DNA of 64,000 nt, from the NCBI GenBank assembly GCA_010015585.1, contig ML975152.1; one strand, written 5' to 3'. Made by a program: the position numbers and the translations under genes. Within the stretch, counting starts at the first letter, position 1; each line of letters starts with the position of its first letter. Source of the DNA: Eremomyces bilateralis CBS 781.70 (Eukaryota). The notes under the pieces are model-generated. The model made no database searches. It was given only the letters and a program-made list of their open reading frames with translations, and was not told the origin of the DNA. Positions 37,100 through 51,056 of this stretch are shown piece by piece.

Positions 37100-38580
37100 G
37101 GTGGGCGGATTCCTCCGCGGCGGAAATCGTGGTATTTCGGGGAGAAAATCTCAAACTTGTGGTTAATGTTCTTGCATCTGGGCTATGAGAGAATGTCAAG
37201 CATCGTCACAATCCAATCCTCGCTAAAATTGATGGTCTTCGTAATAGCAATACCAATGTTCTAGTTTGGCAAAATATGCCCCGAGATATGACATGTCTCT
37301 CGAAGGGTTCAGATGTTCGAGACGCTTTTGGTGAAGGACCGCACCTCCACTTGTTTTCGTCTGGTTCGGATGGAGAATAGAACCAAGCCGCTTCCAGGTG
37401 ATATTCTCCTGTCTATTATATAGTCACAAATGTGATCCCCAGATATATATTAAGGTATCTCGTTTGGACAGTCCCTCTTCACTTCCGCCCATGTATCCTT
37501 CACCGGCTCCTACTCCTCAACCGATTATAGGACTTCTTCATCGCACCTAGTACTGTTCGATCGCGGATCTGAAATCGCTAGAATATGGCCGTTATCTGAT
37601 TTCGGAATGGGATTTTGAGAACTTGTAGTCATCCGCACAACACGATCCTATCGCCTATATTCGAGATGCTGAAGCATTGATACGAGTACGGCCTGGGTGG
37701 TCCATCGACGCGTCGGACAAAGGCGATGAGGTGACAAGCACAGCCTCCTTTACCCGTTTGCGTTCCTGTCCGACCAAATCGAGTGGATTTAAGTCACTTG
37801 CACAGGCAGACGCGGAAACGACATTCGAAGAGTCTGCTCCATTGCAACTATCCAGAACTATCACAGCGCACCCTCGATTAACCGCATACATCTACCCGAT
37901 TTGTGAAATGATCAATTTTCGAAACCCCCCCGTTTGTAGTGGTGTGTTTTGTGTATGTTGTGTCTCTCCTCCGTTTTGTGACCAGCACAAGGTGTGTGAG
38001 CGTGTTTTTTTTCTCGTCGGTCTCACGTGCGGGATACCCATCGTCGTCATCCACATTACCGCAGTGAAGATCTATCTCGGAAAGGAAAAGTGAAGAATTA
38101 CATTGCGAATGAAGTGAAATGGTGCAACCTGCCGCGCATACAGACACTGCGATCCCCGTGAGCCGGGACGCGGCTGTGCGACGCGCGGAGAGTTAAAAAA
38201 TGTGTAAGTGGGCAAGAGCGAAAGCGCGAATATTGAGCAGGAAAGGTAAAAATACAGCAGTCGGAAAACAAAATACACGAAGCGTGAGCAAAGAAAAAAA
38301 GCCATGTGTGCATCTTTGGGTGCTGGATCGCGAGGTGAAGGGGTAATAGGGCAACGTTTTGCTGACCCGCCCCTCATTCTGGCTCCGCTCCTTGACAACT
38401 CCGGTAAGCATCAACCCCAGGAAACCGTAGCAGACCCGTCGATGAAGGCACCCACGACCGCAACACCTCTTTCGTAGCGTTCTCATAAGGTCGTGAAGCG
38501 GACGTGAGCATGTACGATAAGACAGACAAGGAAAGAGCCTTAAACCAAGGCAGGAAGAGACCGCACAAACAGCCGATCCC

Positions 38581-40677
38581 TTAGTCTTCCCTCCGTCTCT
38601 TCTTATTCTTCTTCTCTCCCCCGCTGCCCTCGTCTTCGGATGAGCTCGAGCCCATCCCACCGTTGACCATCGCGGCGGCATCGTACAGTCTTCTGCCGAG
38701 AAGTTGAGGGTCCGGTGTCAAGCTTCCGGACATGTAACCATCGTGGATATCCTCAGGCATTGGAGCCATCATCCCGGGTCCCATGTTCATGCTGCCATGA
38801 GGAGAGTCGATATTGTCTCCCAACTCGTGAACACCGAGCGTGATGGCACCGGCACCATGAGTACGTTGATGCTGGCTGAGATTGTCGCTGCGGCTGAACT
38901 TCTTGCCACAGTCGGTGCACTCGAAGGGCTTGTCGTGAGTATGGAGGGAGCGGTAGTGTCTCTTCAAGTGTTCCTGGCGACGGAAGCGGCGGGAGCATAG
39001 GGTGCAGACGAAAGTTTTGGATGGATCGTCGGTGAGGGACTGCTTCCTTCCACGGCGAGATGCAGGTTGTCCGAGAGGGGTGTCTGCGGCACTTGACGGC
39101 GTGATGGCAGAATCCGCAGGAGGGGAACCTCCAGTTGCGTTGGGTGGGGTAGCCATGTCAGTTTGCGCGGAGGATGGTTGGTTATCGGGCTCTTGAGAAG
39201 TGGCTTGACGGTATGAATGGGAACCGTTGTCGTTAGGTGCTTCCGAGTCAGACTTCTTGGATCCACTGTGCCTGCGTTCAGTCGTGGGAGAAGCGCCAGA
39301 CATGTCCGAGCTAAACGATGACTCGGTGTCGAAGGGTGTGAGGAGGCCGGATGCGACAAGCTCCTCGTCGAAATCGCTGGAGTCTTCGCCACTGATACTG
39401 TCGTCTTCAGGAGTCAAAGGCAGGAGATCGGTCCGTTGACGTTTGGTGCCGAGGAAATACGCGTTGTCAGTCGGCGGGAATTGGACCAGGCCACTAATGT
39501 CGTCTTCGTTGTCGAGCTCGAAAAGTGGCTCGAATTCCGGGAACTGTGTGGTTGACGAAGCATCGAGGTCGCTCGATTGGCTGTGGCTGATGTTGAGGAA
39601 CTCGGCCGGTGTAGTAGGTTTCTGGTCGGGCACGAACGCGTCGCCGTTGAGCATCAATTTGTGCTCTTCGTCTCCAGGGCACAAAGTTGGTAGAGGAAAT
39701 TCGGCATTGGTACCCGAAGTTTGGACGGTGAGATTGCGGGGATCGCAAAAGTTGGGGTCGGCCTCGATGGGATTGATGGAGTTGGAACGAGGGAGAGGAG
39801 ATGGAGAAGGAGAAAGTGATGGGCAGGCGGAGGCGGTTAGAAGATAGGGTGGAGGGTTGGGTGCCTGGGCGCCTTGGGGCTGCTTCATGTAAACTGAATT
39901 GGGGGTCCACGTTAGCTCAACCCCAACAGAACTGACAGAACACATGCAAACCATGTGAATAGCCGACTCAATAATGCAACTTCATGCATCTGTAGGATAC
40001 AAGTATGAGAAAATAAAATAAAAAGATGATGAGGTAACCCAGACATTGTAATCACACCGATGTCTTCCATGGACAACTCTCCAAGTGCCATGTCCATGAC
40101 CAGAAGAAATAGGATATTACTCACCAGGAGACAGTGGGGGAGATGCGGACTCCGGCCATTCGGCAATGGCTAATGAGTTGGAGAACACTTCTTCTTCGCA
40201 CCCTTTCTTGATACCCTCCACAACGTCATTTGCAAAGAACATTGGGTGCACCGGTGTCGGCAGCACCTCACAGGTTGACGGCGGGCTGCTCACTGCGCTG
40301 CCAGACGATGAAAGCGGCGGGGTCGACGGCACGTAGACATCCGTGTCCAATGGCAAAAGATACGGGCTGCCATGCTGAACGAGAACCGTCGGCTTTTGGG
40401 ATTGCGGGCGCGGCGACGCGACTGGCGTCATGAGCGCTTGCTGAGAGTACATCGGCGGATGCAGCTGAGCGGGAGAACTGGCGGCCGATGGTGGAGGGTG
40501 GAATTGCATCCGAGGGGGGCAGAATTGCATCGGCTCATGCACCGCGTGTTGAGGCGTGACGAGTCCTTGCGGTTGCGGAACGAAGTGGCCATGCTGCCGC
40601 TTGTCCGGGTGCGGTTCGGGTGTGTAAAAGAAGAAAGGTGACTGTGCCATGAATTGCGGTTGGAAGTGGGAATCCAT
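38581..40677 (-). CDS. seb1: C2H2 zinc-finger stress transcription factor Seb1/MsnA (Msn2-like)
   Basis: [67 protein letters not shown]; exon 1 has [11 protein letters not shown] and [11 protein letters not shown]. Confidence 0.93.
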
Positions 40678-43600
40678 AGTTGGATATATATTATGCCTTG
40701 AAAGCCATACTTGTCAGCGAATTCGATCTTCCCATGCTCGTATGCTGGCCTCAACTACGCGAACGAGGTTGGGTCGGTTCACCACGTACCGATGCGGCTA
40801 CTGGTTGGTCGTTATCTCGGGAAACAAATAGGAAAGATCCGGGTTCGGTGACAGTTGGATGTCAACGGGAATGTCGTATCCAATATTAGGTGCCTTTGAC
40901 TTGAGGCGCTGATATCGTGATCGTACAACAAATTGGGATAAGGATTGGAAGAATCCTGGTGTCAGGGAGCGACTGGACAACAGCGAATAGAGCTGTCTAC
41001 TAAAATATGGTATATTCTTGAACAACAAAGACGTCGTCAAGCATTCGGGTAAAGGAAGGGACCGGCGACACAAAAAGGATTGACCTCAACTCGACCTTGC
41101 GACAGGAAGATAGATCAACGATTCTGGGATGGCCGAAAAACGTGGGGAGCCAAAGCGGGATGGACGAAGAAGAGCGAGGTTCGACACCTTTGTAACGAGT
41201 GGAAAGGGTCTCACTTCACACATGAAAATAATTAAGAACGAATGGTGGGGATGGGCGTTAGATAAAAACGAAAAAAAAGAAGTCAGAATAGCAGAAACGG
41301 TCGAAAGCGAGTGAGAGGGAGAAAGACGCAAGATGGATCGATGGAGGGAGGGAAGAACGAGAACCAGAGGATTGGAGGAGGATTGGAGAGAGAAGCCCAG
41401 CGATCAGCAGAGGACGAGACAAGCGCATGTGGACAACCAGCGCTGAAGCCCTGAAGAAGAAACGAGCGGCACAGGTCGCAGGCACCTTTTCCCACCATTT
41501 CTCCCGGCTCGCCCAGTAGGAGGCCGTGGCGGTTCCAGCGTACAGGGAGCGTTGCCCGTGGTCAGTGGTGTGTGTCTCCAACTCTGCATATGCAACCTTC
41601 GTCGAGGCCGGTTGGTTCATGCCTCATGGTTGCAAGCCTGGCCGCCTGGGGGCAAGGACACAGTTCGACAAGCAACGGACGCAGGATTGGGTAAGGTCCA
41701 GTGATGGGCGCGTTGGCCGCTGACGGGCAACCACGGACGATGACCGAATGATGGAGGTGGGCGAGTCAACGGGACTGGGCGAGACCCTGGGTTCCCTCCA
41801 CAGGCCTGGGGTGATGGTTGGGTGTTCGGTCGTCCGTGCGGCCGGGTTGTCTGGTTTCGAGTTTCGTCGACTGCATCCTTGACACTCGCTGGAATTGCAC
41901 GGACCGATATGTCAGGACTAGTCCCACTGGGTGGTGGACTGCTGGGTCGTGATGGAGGCGCAGTCGGACTGGGATGAAGGATGGTGGATCAAGGGCTTCT
42001 AGGTACGGTTAGAGTGCAGATTAGGGGGGATAAGGGTCTGACAATGACATGCAACCTGACATTTAGCCCCGAAAGTTAACACGTCTGTCGTTGGTACGGA
42101 GGATAAGGAGGGTAGTTGTGATTCTGGTACGGTATACGGTACGGGGAGATCACTGCGGAGTAGAGCCCACAATTCTAGGACAGTACGGACTATTAGTATT
42201 GTGGTTAGTTAGTTATTGTATCCGGCTTCTAGTATTCCATACCTTAGCTATTCAGTAATTGACCTTTGAGTTAGCCGCTTTAGTGGTGTTCTACTAACTG
42301 CTCCCCACACTCTTTGATAGCCTCGGACCTGATACTGTGACCTGCTTGCGATTGGCTTCGGTTAGTGCTACCCAGAGTCAAGGGCTCCCGCTCCAATCCA
42401 CAGCAACAGATCATGAATTCATGATCCATCTCCCAGTTGTTGTCCATGTCTTAAAGACGAACGATGCTGACACTTTTATGCTTCGTATACTGTGGAGGAC
42501 AAATTACACATAATGAGTGATCCAAATCGGCACACAATACCAATATAGAATTCAGAATCATACGGTTAAATACGAGTCCCTTGTGCAGGTTGTATCGGTT
42601 ATCGTGGATAAACCCCATAATATTCCTTCGTCTTACAGCGATCCGCGATTCATCTTATACGTCGTGACAGGACCCGCATGACATCGGATGGATTCTCTTC
42701 CTGAACCGGTCGGCCGGCACGTCCATGACAAGCTCACCCACTGATGGGCGATGAATGATCATTCTACCTTGGTGGTGAGTGGTGAGTGCTGAAGTGCTGA
42801 ACCGCGAATCGGCCCAATAAAAACTTTATATTAATCACCCAGCAACTCTTTAACCGGTTTAACGTCTTCCGCTGCCCGTCCATCCATCCATCATGCAGGT
42901 CCCGCCCGTCTGCCCGGGTCGTGATTGGCTTGTGATAACCGAATGCCCTCATGGCTCACTGCAGGCCCAGTGGCTCACGGACACTCCGCGCCTGGGACTT
43001 CTCCACGTTTCAGGCTTCGGCGTTGGACGTTCCTAAATCCCAACCGTCCTCGTGGACTCCGGGTCTGCTTTTGGGCCCTTCATTGGCCTGCTTTTGGGCC
43101 AGTCGAATCCTGCCGTCTATCACACGCGATTCTTCATTCTTCTGCTTGTGCTGACTGCTAAAAGATAGCCCATAGGAGACGCCGGTGAGAGGTGTCATCC
43201 GGTGATCTGCATCGCCAATGACATACCGTGAGGAGGGGAATACCGAATACCAGTATTCAGTATCCACAATGACATGGACCAGTCGCTGAAGTCTGAAGTA
43301 TCGGTGGTGGCCAGGTTCCATGAGGCGTCGGTTGGTGGCGCTAAGATCGATCTCAGATTATCATACATAGCAGGCCTTGAACTTGGGTTATCAGCACTTC
43401 CTATGAAATCTCATTAGATTACTCCGTAGACTCTAGAAACCTGCCTGATCTAGACATACATGGCACAATGACAAACTCCGAATGTCACAACGTGCCAAGC
43501 TCCTGAGATTCATAAGGCATAGATAACCAACTAAAGCAATAATCACGAGTCAAAAGGATCCTTACGGCTACCCTTATGATAGCAGATAGACTTGGCCACA

Positions 43601-46472
43601 TTATTCACCATTTTTGGAGATGACAGATTAGTCGATCAGGGTACAAGTAATGCCAGGATCCCGGGTTCCTGCATTCCTATACTGGAATCGGACACTCCGT
43701 CCTGTACGATTGGGCGACGCGGTGACATGTGGGCTGTGTCCTATCCTGTACTACCAGCTGTATGGCTATCACGCTCTCCAGGCGTGACGCTGGAGGAATA
43801 CATCTACGGGATCGCGATATGAATAATACCTTATTATTGGCGTTGCAGATGATAAGGATGATTACCAAGACACCTTCAAACCACCGTACCTTATCTCACC
43901 TTCCCAGCTTCACCCGCCCAGTCCTCATGAACCCGACGCTTTGGCAAATCAGGTACGTACCCCGCCTCTGACGGAATCACGGAACAAGCGATGGGTTGTT
44001 CCATGATGGAGTGGTGGCAAACATTCAAAGTTTTGGAATACCGTCGTATTCATGCACCTTCCGCATCTCGGCCTGGCTACCGAGCCATTCGTTTGACCAG
44101 ACACAGTCTCACAGAGGACATGCTATTACCGACTGGACGAACTTTGCATGTATCGTTCCACTATGGGCGGGATTGAAAGAAAAGCATCACGGCACCAGTC
44201 AGGCAGTCACCAATGACGAGGCTTAACCCACGGGTCGTGCAACGAGTGTTTCAGAAGGAAACCGGTCTTTTTTCTGCCGTCCGCCAGTCAAACGCGCGAC
44301 TGGACTTGACGTCTTGACATGACCAATATTTGCCATGACGCGGGTCTCTGTGGACCAAACTGGCACTCTGGTCTCTGGCGGTCAGGTGAAGTTCTCGCTC
44401 GCAAGACGAACTTCATCAAAGCGTGTATGTGGGCGATGATATTATTGGTTACCAACGCCCTCTTTTCGATTTCTTCGACTATAAGCAAAAGTTATTCATT
44501 TCGCCGTTCAGTTCTTGGATGAGGCCATGTGTGTGCCTGACTCTGATCTTTTGAGACAGATCATCATCGTTACTCGTTCTCACGTGGAAAACATGGTTCG
44601 AACGGCATGAACGTGAGACTCCTCCGCTGAGAGTGTCAGAAAACTTCCCTGAAGCTGCAGCGTTGCAGCGGCGATACCTGCAAGTTGCAACAACTTTGCA
44701 TTTTGGCCACTCCAAAAATAAAATCCGGGAAATGAGATGTTGCTGAAATTATGCATCGCAGCATCGGTCACCCCTTGTAGTTGTCGACCAGTCGGCGCTG
44801 CTCTCCAATCAGGCAAGTCATATGGTTACGTTGACGCCAGCCAACTTGCCTTCCTTGGAAAATTCCAATAATGCCACCTGTCAGTCGTCTCGTTCATGAG
44901 TTCAGGTAGGACTCGTTAACAGTAATAAGAGCACCATTGAATTTTCGCAGGCTGCGGAACCGCAAATACAGTCACGTTCTTGCGCATGCTCATGCTTCTT
45001 CTGCGTCCACTGAACTCAACCCGGCGATTCTACACGCGTTGCTGTGCATCAAGCTATTAAGCAAGAATGGTTTTATTGCCACCGGGCGCCTTGAAACCTG
45101 AAGAAAATGAAACTCACTGCGTTAACCTGGGCTCGTCCAGCCCACTCAAGAAGTCAAGAGTCGCGACTCAATTCTATCTACGAGTCAGTGCGTATCGATA
45201 AGTCGCCCCATCCCGCCCGCTCCGCTCAATCCAATCCGCATTCGTACAGGCGCGAAATCTCACCGGACCAGCATTGAATCCATCCACCGGGGCGAGCCCA
45301 GCCACGTCGAGCGGCGGGCGACGGCGCCGTGATCCCGCAAATCCAATCCCAGCGATGCGCGATCGACTCCCAGCCATATGGCCGTCGGCCATACCCCATT
45401 AGGCATTATCGCTCCACGGGAAATCTCGAACGCAATCCTAGCTTCCTAGCCCTTAGGGGCTAGGAGAGTTTAACCGCTCCACAGTTCAGTCTTCCAGGAA
45501 ATCCAGTCATAGTTCAGACCTGCAGGATGCAGGGGGTGCGCTGGTCTTAGAGTGTCACCTACGCCACGATATGCAGGAACTCTGCAGAAACTGTGCACCT
45601 TACTCAGTACGTACTGCTCAGCAGTCAGCACGACCTCGAAAGCACCCAAGCAGCCTGCCTGAACCATTCCGTCGGTTGCATCGAAAATTGTTGAAATTTG
45701 GAAGCGAACGTTTTTCGATGGAACATCTTCCCTTCCAACAGACCTCGGGCAAGTCGAAATCCACTCCGAAGTTAAGAGCTACTCTGCAATGTCCCCTTGC
45801 ACCGTCAACAGCCCCGAAAGATCCATGCTTTATTCAGTCCAGCGTGGTTTATCTGGACGACTCAACGGCCCAATGTGAGTTCCTGACGATAAATTACTGA
45901 TTCAATGCCGATCCACAGCATGATCTTTTCAATGAGTGATTCAATCTCAACGATTCTCGCCCCGCTCTCACGGCTCACAGACCGAGCAAGGCTCCGACCC
46001 AGCAGTCGGGGACTGAACGTTCCGCCGTCGTGCCAGACACCCTTCTATGGATCTGGTGGCGTTGGGACTTGGGAGGCTCAGTGCTTTTGCAACTTTTGCC
46101 CAACAATCTGGTCAGTTGTCAATACGTGCCACCAATGACCAAACCACACTCTCCTCTCGGCTCTCTATGTCTGTCTATCCGGATTCCTGCGCGTCTCTTT
46201 GTTTCTTGATCTCCTCCCTCTTGCATCCTCCAGAGTCCCTGCCTTTCTCTTTCCAAGTCAAATGAAATGCGACAACCCCAGAATGTCAGTGGGACTGTGC
46301 TTCAGTTGAAACACCTGAACGGGATGGTGGACGCCGATCCATTCGCCGGCACCGGGGAACGACGTTGTGGCGCCCTTAGCATGCCTTCGCCTCATCCCCA
46401 ACTTTCATCTTGACCACCCGTCACCACGCTACAAGACTCGGTAGGCGACAGTGCGCGAATCTTGCCCAGATC

Positions 46473-46507
46473 ACACCAGTCACCAGTCACCAGTGACCAC
46501 TGACCAC
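46473..46507. repeat. 7-bp tandem repeat (CACCAGT x3 plus degenerate GACCACT)
   Basis: caccagt caccagt caccagt gaccact gaccac read directly. Confidence 0.65.
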
Positions 46508-48226
46508 GCCCTGTTGGCACTTGCCAGTTGGCAACCTTGGGATCGGGAAAGGCCCGGAAAAGCCATCCTTGGCCCTTGGGGGTAGAATCACCAAGTGTGA
46601 ATTGCGAATTGCCGTTGAATTAATCGCTCCCACTTCCCGGTTATGTTCCAGAACCAACTGGGAGGATGGGGACTGTACACGAGTCACGATTGCTGTGATA
46701 GATGGAAACAAAAAGAATATTCATGCTCGTCGGAGGCTTCTTCCCCTCCAGCTAGTACAGGAACAATGTAAGCCGATACCACGGGATCACATTTTTATTT
46801 TATTGCATCACCTCGTCTCACAGTCGTCTGTTGCCAATTGCTTGTTGCCACCCGCCCCTCTCGAATATCGGTGACGGAATCGGTGAAAGGCAAATAGGAC
46901 TTGCGCCATTGGATGGTTGTATGTATTGGTACTAGTACAGCCTCCAGAGAAAAATCTACACAGGACTACCACGGTTACCCGATCTATCTGATAGTGTTCC
47001 TGACTCCTGTCCTCTTGCGGCAGAATCTGGTGTCAAGAAGTTCTTCATACAGCCCACAGGGCACAGGGCAGTCATTCTTTGATCTTTATATCAGTCTTGA
47101 TTTCTGGTCCACGTGCCCTCAATGTCCCGAGGCGATGATGATGTTCATGTGTTGCGAGTTGTGATTGTCCTCATGAAGTTGATGTCTTGATCGCCATTTT
47201 GGTTGCAGTTTAAAGCTTAGGTCCCTGCGAATTGCGATGGACATTTCGATCATCTGCTTTTCGTGCATGCGGCAAGCCGTCGACCTGCTAGTCTCCACTA
47301 CCTAACAAATGATCGCCAGAAGTACTTTCGAAACAATGACCTGAGTGGTCGGCTATGGGGCCATTCGAAATCGCCAATCCTAATTTCTGGCCACTGGCTA
47401 CCTAGAGGGCTAGATTATTAGGTACTCCGGAAGCTCTGCAGTCTGGAATTCTGGATCCAAGGTTTTCGAAAATTGAAACCCATCCTATTATCCAAATTCC
47501 CATTCTACAATCTCAGAACACCGTTTTCATGTTCCTCCTAGAGTACCAGTTGCCTCGGAGTTGGGACTTGGGAGAATGGGAGTGCCCGCAAGGAAGAATT
47601 GAAAGAAGGATTGAAGAGCCTAGAATGACTGATACTACTCCGTACTGTTTCAATGGCCAATATGTATCGCGCTTGTGTCCCACTGTTCTCTATGTTCCTC
47701 CAGCCTAACTTCAGCTCGAGGGACAGGTTCACATCGCCTTCATATTTTTATTTCATCGGCCTCTCAATTATACTTCGAAATAACCGATAAGCTGGGGAGT
47801 GATAGACCCATGAGTCCTAGGATGGAATTGACAATGAACTCCCTGGGCAAAGGGATGACGATAAATAGACCTCCAAAGTCACGTGTAGCTGCATTTCGCT
47901 ACGATATGAAGTATTATAACCTTTAGTTCTTATCGTTTTCAACACATCACACGTCAATTCGACACTTACTGGTAGAGACCAACGTCCATTATGGTAGGGC
48001 TGTGTGCCGAAGCATCTTTGAAGTTTTCCAGATGGGCAACCCGAGTTCTTTTCGATGGATCCATATCCATGCCAATCCGCCGATACTTGCAGGCGTTAAT
48101 TAAGGGGGCGCAGCACTTCGTCTTTGGACGACTGATATGAGGTTCGAAACCTTATAATGAGAAGTCAAGTTCAACTATCTTCAATTCACAGTCACTATTT
48201 GATCATTTGTCCTCGATGGCAACGTT

Positions 48227-50185
48227 ATGGCGGAGTTCGGGTCAGGGCCTGATCTTCAGGTTATCCGCGGGCAAATATTGCAGGCATTGCAAGAGTCCAT
48301 AGTGCGGCTCAAAGTGATCAAGGAAACGTCAGAAAGTCCAGTGTTCGCACAAAGAGTCACTATTACCGTACAGACTGTCGAAACCGCGTTGAAAGATCTG
48401 GAAAAATTTTGGGGCCATATCAACCGCTACTCCACGGCGTCGGTGCCGCGGTATCTAAAAGTCCACATCATCGACGTGTTTGACGATGCCCAGCGCATTC
48501 GCCGAAGTACCATCGAAAGTTTGGAAGAGTTCTGGGTTGTTGACGACGTGCCGGACCGCGACCCGTGTCGAGGGCGACTGTTGATATGCAGCCCAAGCCA
48601 AGAAATCCAGCCGCGCCCGGCGAAATTCACCATTCGTGCCCGTGAACCCGCGGCGATTTGTCGGTCCGGACTTGTCGCGTTTCTAGTGATATCCAAAAGA
48701 CGGTTTGAGTTCTCGGCCCGCGACCTTTGCGATCTCATCGACCCTTTTGCCGTGTCTCGCGGACCTGAGGAGGTGTCGGTGTTGAATGATAGGCTTTTTG
48801 AAGACACCCTGTCCTTCCCTTTTGAAGCAGAAGAGAAGGATGGTTGCTCAAAAAACCCGCTCATCCTGTGGTCTTCTAGTCAGAGCTATGCTCTAAAAGT
48901 TATGGATGGCAGTCGAACCGCGACCCAACTGCTTCGATTCCCTAGTCCGCCACCAGACTTCAAGACCAGGTTCCAATACATGGAAATATGGGAACCGCAT
49001 AGCTTCCATCCTTCGGCAACACGCTGTGCAACATGGGGGGCGAGATCTCGAGGCCAGTCAGCACAGTGGACGTCAATCATGACCTTCGGAGATACGGAAA
49101 CGGTTGATTCCTTTACCCATAACCTGCATCGTCTTCTGACAGGATCTCCGAGCGTTTCTTCGACCCTGGGGACTCACTGGGGACATGTTCTGAAGTACGT
49201 GTTTGCAATGGGGATCAACGATGCTCGCATGACTCTACGTGCAGCGCTACGTTCGCTCGACAAGCTAGTAGGTCTCCTGGAGAACCTCGTGGCTGATATC
49301 TGATATTCGGCTCACCGCGAACAGAAATACGATAATGCCGCAAAGCCAAAAATAGGCAGTGCACATGCGTGCCTAATGTATATGAATCATATGGATTTTT
49401 TCCAGAGCTCGGCAGAACGGCTGCGGGACGGCCTGGTTAAAATGCCTTCGGAATGGGCCCTCGGCCAAACTGAATGGATGGCTAGGGTGTCGGATCAACT
49501 CTATGCCTTTGAGGACGAAGTAGTGACGGTCAGGCATGAAGCCAAACGCGTTCGTCAAATGATCATAGAGCAGCACTCTCTCTTTCAGTCTCGTCAGGCC
49601 ACGATCCTCACCGTGCTTGCCTCGATTTTCATCCCGCTAAGTTTCGTCGCCAGTTTCTTCGGGATGAACACTTGGGAAATCAACGGATCATCCTGGAAGT
49701 TGAAATGGTACTTCATCACGTCCATTCCCCTCGCGACGATCACTGTGTTTCTCCCGCTCGTTATCATTCCCGTGTTCAACTCGATCGTCCGCAAGATGGT
49801 GCCAAAAAAGGAAAATCTCAAGTGGACATGGATAGTCAGCACCATCCTCCTGCTCTCCGTTCGGGATATCACTCGTGTGACAGGATATGATGACCTTGCG
49901 GACGTCCTCTATTGGATAATTTGGGTTGCGATCTATCTACTCGTCATGCATCTTTTGCACCGAATATACTCAGCATGGCAAACAGCGAAGAACACGAAAA
50001 CGAGTCTTATCTTTATGGGGAAACAGAAGGTCTGGTGGTTCCTGTTCTGGCTGCTGGCAGCTGGTGCTTTCGTTGCTGGGGTGCAGTTCGTCCCCTTCGT
50101 CGAACTCGCCCCCTTTGGCTTGTATTTTGGCATCGTATATTGGCGCTTGCGAAATCGACGGTTCGAACACGCTGTCGAAGCGTAG
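48227..50185 (+). CDS. CorA-like (GMN motif) membrane protein with extra C-terminal TM helices, 2 exons
   Basis: ILTVLASIFIPLSFVASFFGMN followed by a second TM (WYFITSIPL) and further hydrophobic segments; intron near 49268-49324. Confidence 0.75.
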
Positions 50186-51056
50186 CTTTGAACGGTTAAT
50201 GTTAAACGACAAGTGCTTTTCCTGGCCAGTTGCCTGTATACAGCGAACCTAATCGTTGATGTAACCTCGTATAAATTCATTGATCTAGAGTAATGTCATA
50301 GCCCGGTATTCAGCTTCTGATAGCCTGAATTCCGGCCTTCCGAGCGTGGAAACTGAACCAGGTCGTTGTAGATATTGAGATTACTGTGCTTTCATGTGGG
50401 GTTGAACCCTGAAGCTTTTCACCTCGACACGGCACTTGCATTCATTCCAGACTTTTCCAGTAGGTAGGTATGTGACCTGTTGCCTTCGGGTAAACTTCCC
50501 ACATATCCGTCGAACAAGACCTTGCTATTCCTATTATATGGTCCGCCATAGAGACTACGAGGCGTTGGAATTATGGATGAACGATCCCACATGGTACTTT
50601 ACCCACAATCCCGATGTTTAACGAAACCTAGAATCGCGTTCCTAAACGCGTAAGGACCGACATCGTTCCCGCAGTTCCTGGGATGTCAACGGTCTCCACC
50701 TGTCCTTGCCACCCAAACCACAAATAATCAGATGTTAGCACGTTTCTAAACCTTAGATTACTGCACAGCCGAGTGCCCAACTTGGCAGGAGAGGCTTAAC
50801 TGGAGCAAGTTTACATGTCAATCGCTCGATGATATTGCAGGCTGATGTCCGATGGCCACTATGATACTAACTTCGCTGTTTGACCAGCCGCCGTGGTCAA
50901 ACAATTCTTGAGATTGATGCGGATGATCGGCGTTGGTTCCACCTCATTTCATAGCATATTGGATGAGTATAAGAAGAGTTCGATCAACCGTAGGATCGAC
51001 TGGTCATCTTGCTGAATCCATCCACTGGTCTGAATTCAAGGAGTTGCAATATCAAG

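Noticed and set aside
48092..48165. tRNA-like element: T-arm/B-box GGTTCGAAACC hairpin with a possible anticodon arm
   Set aside because: No credible D-arm or A-box, and the acceptor and anticodon stems are mismatched. At most an isolated B-box; tRNAscan-SE would settle it.
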